Source: Botryllus schlosseri (taxonomy: Eukaryota). From it: a stretch of 64,000 nucleotides of DNA. The notes below the pieces were generated by a model. It was not told the origin of the DNA. It saw only the letters and a program-made list of their open reading frames with translations, and did not search any database. Positions 38,301 to 51,400 of the stretch are shown here, piece by piece; position 1 is the stretch's first letter; every line of letters starts with the position of its first letter. The stretch covers positions 18,478,001 to 18,542,000 of the forward strand of contig CM119371.1 in the NCBI GenBank assembly GCA_051294905.1, read 5' to 3'. Position numbers and translations under genes: made by a program.

Positions 38301-41300
38301 GGATTTGTGGTATGCCATGCGGTGTACATATCGCTAGGGACTTTTCTGGACATGACTGCGTGTTCGCAGCACTAAATTCGTACATGCCATTAGGCTACCT
38401 AACAATACAAACATTTTTCATTACTTCGGCTATTGTTATTACATTCTCTTTATAATTTTTACACTATACTTTCACGACTTACTTTGTCATATAATTAAAT
38501 GACGAATTCCCCGCGTTACGCTACGATTACATTCATCTTGACATGCTTTGATGCGAATATTCCATTTCTAGATACTTTTGATCTGATTAATACACCCGGA
38601 TAACCCGGCATAATTTCCATTCACTTCGAGATTACGTAAATTTTTATTAATTTCTACTTGAAAGCTCAAATTACTCACAAGGCTTATATAACCGCCTTGC
38701 GCCCGTCACATATGGAATCGATTCAATACTTAGTACTTACGCCTACATTATAGCGTAGGCCTACTCGGCTCATTTCACCCCTATCGGTGCAGATTTTCAC
38801 CACTTCATATCTGGTTCGCTGACAAATAATGTGTCTATTGTGTTTAATTTCTTTTTCAATTTGTCATTAGGCTATCTATACTATTATTGCTATTATTAAT
38901 ATTTTCCTACTTTGTGAATTAGCCTGTTTGCTGCCGATATTGCATTGCATTCTAGAATTCGTCGTCGTCTGCCAACGGGTCTACCGCGAACTGCCGAAAT
39001 GCTCACTACTACACGACATTCCTCCGCTCTCCGATTCCGCCGCCTATGTCAACATTTCGGGACATACCAGTTCAACATTACTTTGGTAACACCACGTATT
39101 TATACGCATTTGTAAGTCGACTTCGATAGTCGTGAAGAATATTCGCAGAACAGGCGATACGCGTTTTAACCTTGGCGGAGTGAACTAATTGGATCTAAAT
39201 ACAATCATTATTGAGCAATGAGCATTGACTGTTAATTAATCCAGGCAGGTTCGCGACCCACGGTGCACGGTTTAACTGTATATAAATAATTATTCGGTCT
39301 TCCTAAAGACTGATGGACATTTGACATTTCCATCGCGATGAATTTCCTAATCCTTGAAATATTAGCATTCATGAACTTTTTCTATTATATTATATTAATT
39401 TTCGTCAATCGCACGTGGAAACCACGCTTCTCTTGCATGGCCGGTTATCGCGGGAACAATCCCGTAACCCGGATACCCAAAGTGGATTTTGATTGACAGA
39501 CATTTCCCGCAACCTCTTCCGAGATACTGATTTGTTTTGCCTACATTTTGAGAGATACTTGCTACTTGGTTTGTATAATTTTCCCCTATTGCGGCAGACT
39601 TAACGCCGCCGCCCGTACCGTCTAATGTGATAATCGGTCTTCCCCGCTGTCGTGGGATTTTCGGCGGCTAACAATAACACATATCTACCCCATTTCCCAC
39701 ACTAATGACCTATTCGTCATGCCGTATTCCGCGGCTCCTTTGTTTGTCATATATCGAACCGATTGTCGGCCATTTTGTATTCAATTGTCGACCCTTTTTT
39801 TCGTGTTTTTTTTCCTTTTTCATTTTAATACAGCTTTCATAAAATTGCCCTTTACAAGCCGTTCTGGTATCTTGAACCGCGCGTTTCGACTACAGGACGC
39901 CGTTTGAATAATTTTCTATTCAACTCCATTGACTCATAAAAGCAGTCTCTGGTCGCTATAGAAAACCCAGACATCAGTTTCCTACTTCCGTTACTTCCTA
40001 TCTTCTAATACCACGTGTTTCGATTAATTTGAAAAGTAGTTTTGACTTTAATATGCTCCCAAACCATACACTGGATTCCGCTTATATGATTTTGCCTTTA
40101 CAAATAACATACACTCGTTTTAGAGCTACCACCAATTCGTTCTAGCGTATGACGCATTCGCCAGACCTAATGTCAATTCCTTTGTGTACATATTTTTTTT
40201 TCTTCTTTCGTTCTTTTAATAAAACACAAAAATTGCCTCAGATAACCAATTCGCCATTTTGACTATATTAAATCTTACCCTTAACGTGTTATCGTCACGC
40301 TATCTCATACGGTTGCATCGCAATCATGTTTTATAAATATTCCAACATCAGGCTACAATATCGCATTTTAAATTGACGTTGTTATCACCCTTCTACCAAC
40401 ACTTTATTAACTACACACTTCGGCCTTACCTCGTTAAACCACATGCTATGTGTTATATGTTGAAATTATTTCGTTTCGTAATCTTACTGCTATTCAATGC
40501 ATGTAAATTTCATTTTCTATTGTCGCTAATCACGCCTTTTTAGCAGAGGCGATGTGGAACGCCCTGCGCCCTCTCACGGTTCATACACTTTGTAAGATAC
40601 AACATCATTATGGTACATCGCCTATATCTGTATATCACGTGACTTATATCTTTCTTCTCGCAACCACGTGACTTACCATTTATCAGCTCGTGCATTTCAA
40701 TTACAAACTAGACTCATATGCGACATCCTACTGTATATTCCATACATATTCGACCAATATATCTATCTGAGGCAATACTGTCGTTGCATTCACGTTGGAG
40801 TTGTCAGATCAAGGACTAACACAGGGACGTGCGTCTACTACGATAAGAGCTAAGTATATCTACCCAGCCACATATTACGTGGGACTCAGGTTACAACTCT
40901 AGCAGGTTATCAGACGCCATATCTGGTCTGCACTGCTCACCATGTTAAGAATTTTCTTTGAGCCTTTGCCCGTTGGAAGATATGACAGCAGTGTCATATC
41001 TTTTTGAAATCCAAAAATGCTGCTGTACACCTCCCTCCCCCGCAGAGAAATAAACGCAGGAGGTATCTCTCTCTTGTTCTTTCGAAGGGTGCCAACTGCT
41101 GTCAATTTATGGTCATGAAGCAATGACGTCACCAATGGTATACTGGTGTACCAGTTATCGAATGTGATGTTTCGGCCAGATCCTGATATATCAGACACCA
41201 GCCGTGTCACTACTTCTTTGGCAGAGTTGTCGACGTTGTACGGCCCGTCCAGTTGCGTCCCGCAATAAATTTCAAAATTATGGGTGCAGTAAGTCTTTGC

Positions 41301-42111
41301 ATCACACAAGGCATGTAGTTTGATGCCATATTTTGCCGGTTTGTTTCGAATATACTGTCGGAAAGAACAACGTCCTCGAAACCCCCAAAGCATTTCATCA
41401 ATTGTCACAAATTCAGACAACACGTAATTTTTCTTGAAGGTGTTCAATATCATATCCGATATTGTTCGAATTTTCGCCAATTTGTCATTTTTTTCTATCT
41501 TCGCGTGTGGTAATGTCATCAAACCGAAGACATCGCAAAATGAATCGGAATCTTTCGCATGACATTGTTACCTTGAAGATATCAAGTCCTGTGCCGTCAT
41601 CTGCCCAATACTCATCAAGTGACAATCTTGAGCTTCTATGAACCCCAGCTAGAAGAAGAAGACCAATGACAGCTTCCATCTCCGCCGAATTAGTTGGCCC
41701 GACCCTGTACTTCTCTTTGTAGTTTTGGGCTTCTTCAGGTATCTTCTTGTTTGTAAATTCAACAAGTAAATCTATCACTTGTGGTGTAAAGAAGAGCTTC
41801 CAATAATCAATGTAGTTATCAGCTTCTAGGGCAGGCCCAGTGAGACCCGGTGAAAATTTTATCATATTCGCTGCACTTCTTCGACTAGCAGTCGGAGCAG
41901 TCTTTCTCCAAAACGTGGTACCGTCTTTTCCTAACCAACCACTGCCAGCTTCACCTTCTTCGGGATTTTCTTGATCATCTTGCTCTTCGTCTGAAGAGCT
42001 CTCAGAAATTGCAGGGTCCGGAATATACTCTTCTTCGTCTCCTTCACTACCGGACGATATAGTAAGTTCGGTAAGTTCAGCTAACACCTCTTCTCCCGTC
42101 AACCAGCGCAT
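35363..42111 (-). pseudogene. piggyBac transposase, two frameshifts plus an LTR-element insertion
   Basis: Pieces 42111-41485, 41522-40933, 35912-35698 and 35722-35363 carry TIDEML..FRGRCSFRQYIRNKPAKYGIK, ITFDNWYTS, FYNQTKGGVD (DDD triad), KRWP and a C-terminal Cys-rich domain. Removing 35913-40936 restores ..NMVSSQHHDD.. in frame. Confidence 0.93.
35913..40932 (+). mobile_element. Non-coding (LARD-like) LTR retroelement, 5020 bp
   Basis: 380-bp LTRs TGTGGAAC...TCTGCA at 35913-36292 and 40553-40932 with no difference seen; TSD CTGC at 35909-35912 and 40933-40936; PBS-like TGGTGCACACTCGTGAG at 36293; PPT-like AGCAGAGGCGA before 40553; no gag/pol ORF. Confidence 0.93.
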
Positions 42112-43296
42112 TATTTCCACACTCAATCCAGATATAACTGACTTCCTCTGACCAACAAAGAGGTCTGGAAGCATGCCGTCATGCCTCGTTGACTGCACGT
42201 GACAGAAACAATGCCAAGCAGCAACAAAAAGTCGAAATCCATCCGACTACAATGATGAGATAATTACTTAGTTTGCCCACTGTATCTGCAAAATCAGACC
42301 CATGCGCAATCAATAGCTCATTGCGCCGAGGTATTAGCGATAATCAGCTAATGCTTTATTCCGAATGATAGTGTATAACACCATTGAGGATTACATGTCT
42401 GGCAAGAACAATCCGACCGCACATAAAAATATGGCTCACATTTTTGTTCGCCTGGGGTCGTTTAGACCCCAACCTGAGCAGTCTAGGGCTATGCATACAA
42501 ATGAGGAAAGTTACATCAACGCGTGTTAACTAATTGAATTATGTAGCTTGTAATTCATGCAAGTTGCGAAACTTCTACACTGAAACCTTTAAAGTAGATA
42601 GAATCGAAAAAACTAATCGAAAATATTCACGAAGTTTGGATGCGACATATTTGGGTTTTTTAAAATCATTCATACCCATGATTCGAAATACTTTAACTAA
42701 CTTATGTTTTCGACATAAGATAAGCGTGAAATGTACAAATTTCTATGTTGCGCAAATACCACAAACTTTGCTTGCTTTCAGAGCCGGCAACTAAATGCAA
42801 GACAGAATTTACGCAAAAGTTGCTATTCTGAAAATTTTGTCAAGGTAATAGTTTAAAAACTTACACTTGAGCACTACGAAATGTTCAAGTACTTTATCTT
42901 TACACGACGTTTTTTGTAAAATGAATACTAATATTATTGAAAAAATAAAAAATAAAAAGAGCGAAAAATTACATTTTATCCCGGAACGCAACAAGAAAAA
43001 TCGTATGAATTTGTAAACTACTTATTCATGACATAATATTAATTCTACTTGTACACTTTTTCACACTTTATAACACTTTAAGTAGTACTTAACAGTTTCA
43101 GTTTTAAATAAAATACGGAATATAAACTAATCGAAAAATTCGGTTACCAATTTCGCGTAGGCTATGCATACAAATGAGGAAAGTTACATCAACGCGTGTT
43201 AACTAGTTGTATCGAGTTATCGAATGATTTTTTCTTTACATCAAAATAACTAGAGTGTGTAGCTACATTAAAAACGTATCTAAATGAGCTCCAGGT

Positions 43297-44445
43297 CATT
43301 GTGATTATGCAGCATACCAAATTTCATCACATATTTCATGATGGAACAACTTTAAAACTAACGCAGTTCTATAGCAACTTTTGCCTAAATCTGTTTTCGG
43401 TAGCATGTACATATCCATAGTCAGCTTTAATAACAGAATTACCATGCTAATATGTGACTCCTCACCTTGAAACTTGGTACGTAGTTGTAGGACATTGTGA
43501 TTATGCAGCATACCAAATTTCTTCACACATTTCATAATGGAACAACTTTAAAACTAACGCGGCTCTACATCGACTTTTTGCGTACATCTGTTTGCGGGAG
43601 CGTATAGCACGTACCTATACATAGTCAACTTTAATAACGGAATTACCATGCTTAACATTGAATCCCAACTCTAAACTTGATTCGTAGTTGTAGGACATTG
43701 TGACAATGCACCATGCTAAATTTCATCGCGCATCTAATGATGGATCACCTTTAAAATTAACGCAGTCGAATACCGACTTTTAAGCATATCTGTTTTGCGT
43801 GAACATAGCATATACCTATGCATAGTCAATTTTAATAGCAGAATTACCGTGTTAAACATTGAATTCCCACCTTGAAAGTTGGTACGGGATTATAGGACAC
43901 TATAACAATGCACCATACCAAATCCCATCACACATTTCATGATGGAACAACTTTAAAACTAACGCGGCTCTACATCGACTTTTTGCGTATATCTGTTTTG
44001 CGGGGGCGTATAGCACGTACTCATACATAGCTAACTTTAATAACGGAATTACCATGCTTAACATTGAATCCCAACTCTAAACTTGATACGTAGTTGTAGG
44101 ACATTATGGCAATGAACCATGCTAAATTTCATCACACATCTAATGATGGAACACCTTTGAAACTATCGCAGTCGAATACCGACTTTTACACAAATCTGTT
44201 TTTCGTGAACATAGCATATACCCATACATAGTCAATTTTAATAACAGAATTAGCATGCTAAACCTTAAATTCTCACCTTGAACGTTGGTACCCAGTTGTA
44301 GGACATAATAACAATGCACCATACCAAATTTCGTCAGGCATTTCATGATGTAACACTTTCAAAAACCAACGCAGTTCTATACAGGCTTTTGGCTAAATCT
44401 GTGTTTCCGTAGCGTAGCACGTACCTATACATAGTCAACTTTAAT
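43297..44445 (+). repeat. ~200-bp tandem array, ~5.7 copies (mirror 52541-53689)
   Basis: Units start near 43297, 43493, 43696, 43898, 44102 and 44304. Confidence 0.88.
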
Positions 44446-47400
44446 ATCAATACATGTTTATCGTAAGTCCTACACAGTCATGATATCCGGCCGAGTTTGA
44501 CTTTTAGAAAACATTATACCGACAACGCGACATCTTACAAAATTGAAACCACGGTGACTGCTTGAGAGACCTACCAGTGATATCGCGGTAATCTAGTTAC
44601 TTCCACAAAATAGTATGTATTCAACTTACTTTCCACAAATCTAACGCGCAAAACAATTTACTTTGCTAACGAAAAGTGCTGAATCATCATATCATTATCC
44701 ACGCAACAATACACCTAAAACATACTATCGTACAAAATGGTCGCTAACCTCTTTGTGCACCAGCTGTAAATCTCACAAGCAACAAGTTTCAAGATTCCAG
44801 TTATTGAAAAAATGTTAAAGTGTTTCTCCTGCGCCAAGTCGTTATGTTGACGAAAGCGTATATTGTAATATCATGATCGATTTGCATTCGTTGGTCACAA
44901 ACTGTCACTACTCTAAATAATTATTTTTCACTCAAACACAACAGCATACTTGTCGCCATTCGTTTTCATCAAGCACGAGTTCAATAAACTTACTTACTAC
45001 GACATGAATTGGTATTTTTATGTTGTGTAAATAGGTAATAATTAATTTTAGTAACACTATACCAACATCATCGAGTTGTGCGAATAGATTTACATGTGGT
45101 GTTATGGTTTTAATCGAAGTACACTGCACGATCTAATGTAGAGTCATCTCTATTGTATAGCAACTCGGTAATCGAAATGCATGCATTAACATTTAAACAG
45201 CGATCGTGTTTCGTCACGCGAAAAATATGTTCACTACTGCGATACTCCGCACAGGGCATGCAAATCCTTTTCACACTCGTAATAGTATACCAACGGTTAC
45301 CGGCGACAACGTTTAACAATACCAACGACACTAAACATACGATACCTACCCAATCTGCAAATTGTTTCGATTTATTCTGTCCGTTTCAATTTAAGATAAG
45401 GAAGCCCATTTCACTCAATGTATCGATGCCTACGGTACTCTACAAAATTTTCTGATTAATTCTCCCTATGCTTATTTATCACAAGAAAGATGATTTGACA
45501 CCTAAAGTACGAAATACTTTTTCGCTTGAGCTAAGTCGCAGCGCCTGGAGTGGAATTGTACGGGGTATGTGGACTCATTTCGTAGGGCTCTATGCCATAG
45601 GAGCATACTTTACGCTCCAATTCGATTCCCACACATTCCATATAATTACTAACAGAACCATTGAGTACCAGCCTTGACATTTTCCGTAGTACTAGATGGC
45701 ATGTATACAATTTCACGACATCCGACATTACGACGAAGACTATCAAAATATCGAAAAGAAGCCCTCTATTCTTTTCTGAAATAATCAAGGTTTTATCAGG
45801 ACTTCCCTTCATCTAAACTCCAGCAGAATCACTAATAACCTCTCAAGTGTACTCAATTTACTCTAATTTGATACTCGTGTACCAAATCCCTATTTTCCGC
45901 AAGTATGATAGAGGCTATCGCTCGATACTCAACGATTCGTAATTTTGCTGGAATACAAGTACAATTAGTTTAAAGTAGTTTGAGGTTACGTTTGTATCAC
46001 CTTGACAAGTGCTATTATCAAAAAATACTTTTGCTAAACTCTTACACTTTCACTAAACTTCTACACTGAATTTTGGAAAGTAGATAGAAAAGGAAAACTA
46101 TTAACATAAGCTAAGTGAGAAGCACGCAAATTTCGATTGCATACAAATGCCACAAACTGCGCTAACTTCCAGAGTTGTTAAGTATAGAAGTACTGGTACG
46201 TCTTGAGAATACCCAAGTAGGTTTTTTGCCTACATGTACCAAATACTCTCAAGTCCTTATGATATTGGATTTACATGCCCAAGTTGGGGATTCTCGTTAC
46301 ATTGTCTTCTTGTGTGTTGATGATTAAATACATTGCGACGCTGTCACTTGGCTCTTAATTGGATTGTTTCATCTGAAAGAACTAATTTTGTCTGTTATAA
46401 TACTTTATTAGACTTGTATGGCGAGGCGTCTGGTATCGAGAAGTAAGATCGCAAGCAATCATTGAGTCAGTCGTGATGTCTGATTGGGAGTGTCGGCCTC
46501 TTATATCCAGCAAGTGTAATGAGCCATATTAGGCCATAAGTATCGTAGGCCCCGCGTGAAGTGTACAAATTTCGATGTTGCGCAAATACCACAAACTTTG
46601 CTTGCTTTCAGAGCCGGCAACTAAATGCAAGACAGACTTTACGCAAAAGTTGCTATTCTGAAAATTTTGTCAAGGTAATGGTTTGAAAACTTATACTTGA
46701 GCACTCGTACTTCTTGAGAATACCCAAGTAGGTTTTTTGCCTAGATGCACCACATAGTCTCAAGTCCTTATGATATTGGAGTACATCAACTTCATGATAG
46801 CTAGAGTATTAAACAGTAATATACTTAGAGTACTAATGTTTTACTTACTCGGAAATGACTACTTCTACCTTATTTTAAAGGATACCTCATTCGAAGCGAA
46901 ATTGTATGTGGTTTTGGATAACATCCAAGATGTAGGCTCACTTTGAAGGTTACTTCGTAAAACTCAAATATTGCGCAGTGAGAGTTCGCAAATTCTCGAA
47001 GTATTTTTGTTATTTTTATTGCGATAAGTCATTCTGCAGCGCGAAAATGCGTCGTAGGATATAGATGAAACTAGCACCACTCATCAAGACCGCTGAAAAC
47101 AGTACGTTTCAACATTTAGTAGCAGTAAATTTCTAGTAAAGTACAAGACGTGATGATTTCCGAGTGAGTTAAAAGTATTGCAGGTATAGTTTACCTGAAA
47201 ACCGAATACTCTGAAATAGAAGTAGATGCAGTGTAAATAGTTAATCACTTGATTAAGTTTAGCGCAAGCAGATAAAACCTATACTTGAGTAGTACAAAAT
47301 GCACGAGTACTTCGCTATCGCCTCCCTGCACGTAATAAGTGCTTTTACCGATACTCGTCGGTTTCAGTTTTAGATAGAATTCAGAAACCAAATAATTTCA

Positions 47401-48149
47401 TAAACCTAAGCTAATTTAATGAATTTACTCGAATGTACTATGCCGCGCTGATAAGATTAATTATAATATACTTATCATGTTACAGCGATTTTTCTAGCGT
47501 AGAAAATCTTTAAAATGTAGTAAGCAGGCCAAATGAAGATATTCGTTGAGTTGAATAAACATAAAAAATACTCTAGACCACTTTATCGGTACTTTACAGT
47601 TTCAGTTTTAGATAAAATTTGTCCCTTTCACCTATAATTACAACTCCTCGCTATCTAAACATGTTTAGAATATATTATTTGCGATGATACGAACCCGTGA
47701 AGTACTCGAGTAGCTTTTCGTAGGATATAGATGAAACTGACAACACTCACCAAGACCGCTGGTCCACTGAAAAAAGTACATTGTAGCAGTAAAGTCCTAC
47801 TAAAGTACAAGAAGTAATGATTTCCCAGTTAGTTGAAAAGTAAGTATTGAAGGTATAGTTTGCTGGAAAAAGCGAAAAACTCTGAAATCGAAGTAGATGC
47901 AGTGTAAATAGGTAATCACTTCATTAAGTATAGCGCAAGCAGGCCAAACCTATACTTGAGTACTGCAAAATGTACAAGTACTTCGCTATGTTCTCCCTCC
48001 ACGTAAAAAGTGACTAGGTTTTAGACTACTTTATCGGTACTCGACAGTTTCAGTTTAGATAAAATTTGGTAAGACTTTAAATTTTAAAGTAGTTTGAGCT
48101 TACGTTTGTATCACCTTGACAAGTAACATTATCAGACATGAAAATGATA

Positions 48150-48440
48150 GGGACGTGTTCGGACATCATGTCCAGGGTGTGTTCGGCCTGTGCTGCCATT
48201 CGGACATGGTGTCTTGGTCGTGTTCGGACATCATGTCAGGTGCGTGTTTGGACATCCTGTCTGGGGTGTGTTCGCCCTGTGCTGCCAATCGGACATCGTG
48301 TCTGGGGCGTGTTCGGCCATTCAAACATGGTGTCTGGGTTGTGTTCCGACTGAGTTGACACTCGGATATCGTGTCTGGGGTGTGTTCGCCCTGTGCTGCC
48401 AATCGGACATCGTGTCTGGGGCGTGTTCGGCCATTCAAAC
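48150..48440 (+). repeat. GC-rich CGGACATCGTGTCTGGGG.GTGTTCG minisatellite next to the hairpin apex (mirror 48546-48836)
   Basis: Repeated ~20-40-bp units; the same unit occurs at 59710-60310. Confidence 0.85.
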
Positions 48441-51400
48441 AGAGTTGAATAACCATAAAAAAGATTCCCGCGCCCTCCTAAACCCAACTATTCCTATCCC
48501 CTACAACCTAGGGCGCGGGAATCTTTTTTATGGTTATTCAACTCTGTTTGAATGGCCGAACACGCCCCAGACACGATGTCCGATTGGCAGCACAGGGCGA
48601 ACACACCCCAGACACGATATCCGAGTGTCAACTCAGTCGGAACACAACCCAGACACCATGTTTGAATGGCCGAACACGCCCCAGACACGATGTCCGATTG
48701 GCAGCACAGGGCGAACACACCCCAGACAGGATGTCCAAACACGCACCTGACATGATGTCCGAACACGACCAAGACACCATGTCCGAATGGCAGCACAGGC
48801 CGAACACACCCTGGACATGATGTCCGAACACGTCCCTATCATTTTCATGTCTGATAATGTTACTTGTCAAGGTGATACAAACGTAAGCTCAAACTACTTT
48901 AAAATTTAAAGTCTTACCAAATTTTATCTAAACTGAAACTGTCGAGTACCGATAAAGTAGTCTAAAACCTAGTCACTTTTTACGTGGAGGGAGAACATAG
49001 CGAAGTACTTGTACATTTTGCAGTACTCAGGTATAGGTTTGGCCTGCTTGCGCTATACTTAATGAAGTGATTACCTATTTACACTGCATCTACTTCGATT
49101 TCAGAGTTTTTCGCTTTTTCCAGCAAACTATACCTTCAATACTTACTTTTCAACTAACTGGGAAATCATTACTTCTTGTACTTTAGTAGGACTTTACTGC
49201 TACAATGTACTTTTTTCAGTGGACCAGCGGTCTTGGTGAGTGTTGTCAGTTTCATCTATATCCTACGAAAAGCTGCTCGAGTACTTCACGGGTTCGTATC
49301 ATCGCAAATAATATATTCTAAACATGTTTAGATAGCGAGGAGTTGTAATTATAGGTGAAAGGGACAAATTTTATCTAAAACTGAAACTGTAAAGTACCGA
49401 TAAAGTGGTCTAGAGTATTTTTTATGTTTATTCAACTCAACGAATATCTTCATTTGGCCTGCTTACTACATTTTAAAGATTTTCTACGCTAGAAAAATCG
49501 CTGTAACATGATAAGTATATTATAATTAATCTTATCAGCGCGGCATAGTACATTCGAGTAAATTCATTAAATTAGCTTAGGTTTATGAAATTATTTGGTT
49601 TCTGAATTCTATCTAAAACTGAAACCGACGAGTATCGGTAAAAGCACTTATTACGTGCAGGGAGGCGATAGCGAAGTACTCGTGCATTTTGTACTACTCA
49701 AGTATAGGTTTTATCTGCTTGCGCTAAACTTAATCAAGTGATTAACTATTTACACTGCATCTACTTCTATTTCAGAGTATTCGGTTTTCAGGTAAACTAT
49801 ACCTGCAATACTTTTAACTCACTCGGAAATCATCACGTCTTGTACTTTACTAGAAATTTACTGCTACTAAATGTTGAAACGTACTGTTTTCAGCGGTCTT
49901 GATGAGTGGTGCTAGTTTCATCTATATCCTACGACGCATTTTCGCGCTGCAGAATGACTTATCGCAATAAAAATAACAAAAATACTTCGAGAATTTGCGA
50001 ACTCTCACTGCGCAATATTTGAGTTTTACGAAGTAACCTTCAAAGTGAGCCTACATCTTGGATGTTATCCAAAACCACATACAATTTCGCTTCGAATGAG
50101 GTATCCTTTAAAATAAGGTAGAAGTAGTCATTTCCGAGTAAGTAAAACATTAGTACTCTAAGTATATTACTGTTTAATACTCTAGCTATCATGAAGTTGA
50201 TGTACTCCAATATCATAAGGACTTGAGACTATGTGGTGCATCTAGGCAAAAAACCTACTTGGGTATTCTCAAGAAGTACGAGTGCTCAAGTATAAGTTTT
50301 CAAACCATTACCTTGACAAAATTTTCAGAATAGCAACTTTTGCGTAAAGTCTGTCTTGCATTTAGTTGCCGGCTCTGAAAGCAAGCAAAGTTTGTGGTAT
50401 TTGCACAACATCGAAATTTGTACACTTCACGCGGGGCCTACGATACTTATGGCCTAATATGGCTCATTACACTTGCTGGATATAAGAGGCCGACACTCCC
50501 AATCAGACATCACGACTGACTCAATGATTGCTTGCGATCTTACTTCTCGATACCAGACGCCTCGCCATACAAGTCTAATAAAGTATTATAACAGACAAAA
50601 TTAGTTCTTTCAGATGAAACAATCCAATTAAGAGCCAAGTGACAGCGTCGCAATGTATTTAATCATCAACACACAAGAAGACAATGTAACGAGAATCCCC
50701 AACTTGGGCATGTAAATCCAATATCATAAGGACTTGAGAGTATTTGGTACATGTAGGCAAAAAACCTACTTGGGTATTCTCAAGACGTACCAGTACTTCT
50801 ATACTTAACAACTCTGGAAGTTAGCGCAGTTTGTGGCATTTGTATGCAATCGAAATTTGCGTGCTTCTCACTTAGCTTATGTTAATAGTTTTCCTTTTCT
50901 ATCTACTTTCCAAAATTCAGTGTAGAAGTTTAGTGAAAGTGTAAGAGTTTAGCAAAAGTATTTTTTGATAATAGCACTTGTCACGGTGATACAAACGTAA
51001 CCTCAAACTACTTTAAACTAATTGTACTTGTATTCCAGCAAAATTACGAATCGTTGAGTATCGAGCGATAGCCTCTATCATACTTGCGGAAAATAGGGAT
51101 TTGGTACACGAGTATCAAATTAGAGTAAATTGAGTACACTTGAGAGGTTATTAGTGATTCTGCTGGAGTTTAGATGAAGGGAAGTCCTGATAAAACCTTG
51201 ATTATTTCAGAAAAGAATAGAGGGCTTCTTTTCGATATTTTGATAGTCTTCGTCGTAATGTCGGATGTCGTGAAATTGTATACATGCCATCTAGTACTAC
51301 GGAAAATGTCAAGGCTGGTACTCAATGGTTCTGTTAGTAATTATATGGAATGTGTGGGAATCGAATTGGAGCGTAAAGTATGCTCCTATGGCATAGAGCC

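Larger units (their letters stand above)
35033..42488 (-). mobile_element. piggyBac-like transposon (~2.4 kb net) with CTAT target duplication
   Basis: 17-bp TIRs CCCTAGACTGCTCAGGT (35033-35049; inverse 42472-42488); internal TGGGGTCG.TTAGACCCCA palindromes (35076-35094, 42453-42471); CTAT at 35029-35032 and 42489-42492; empty site in the mirror arm at 54494-54497. Confidence 0.95.

Noticed and set aside
43297..44445. CRISPR-like array
   Set aside because: Whole units are homologous with no unique spacers; eukaryotic context and no cas genes.
44929..45460. Decayed or alternative-code ORF in the arm (one frame has only TAA/TAG stops)
   Set aside because: Plausible by chance in AT-rich DNA across many frames; the translation resembles no family I recognise.
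48116..48870. Overlapping ORFs at the apex
   Set aside because: Open in several frames on both strands because of a GC-rich minisatellite; no protein motif.
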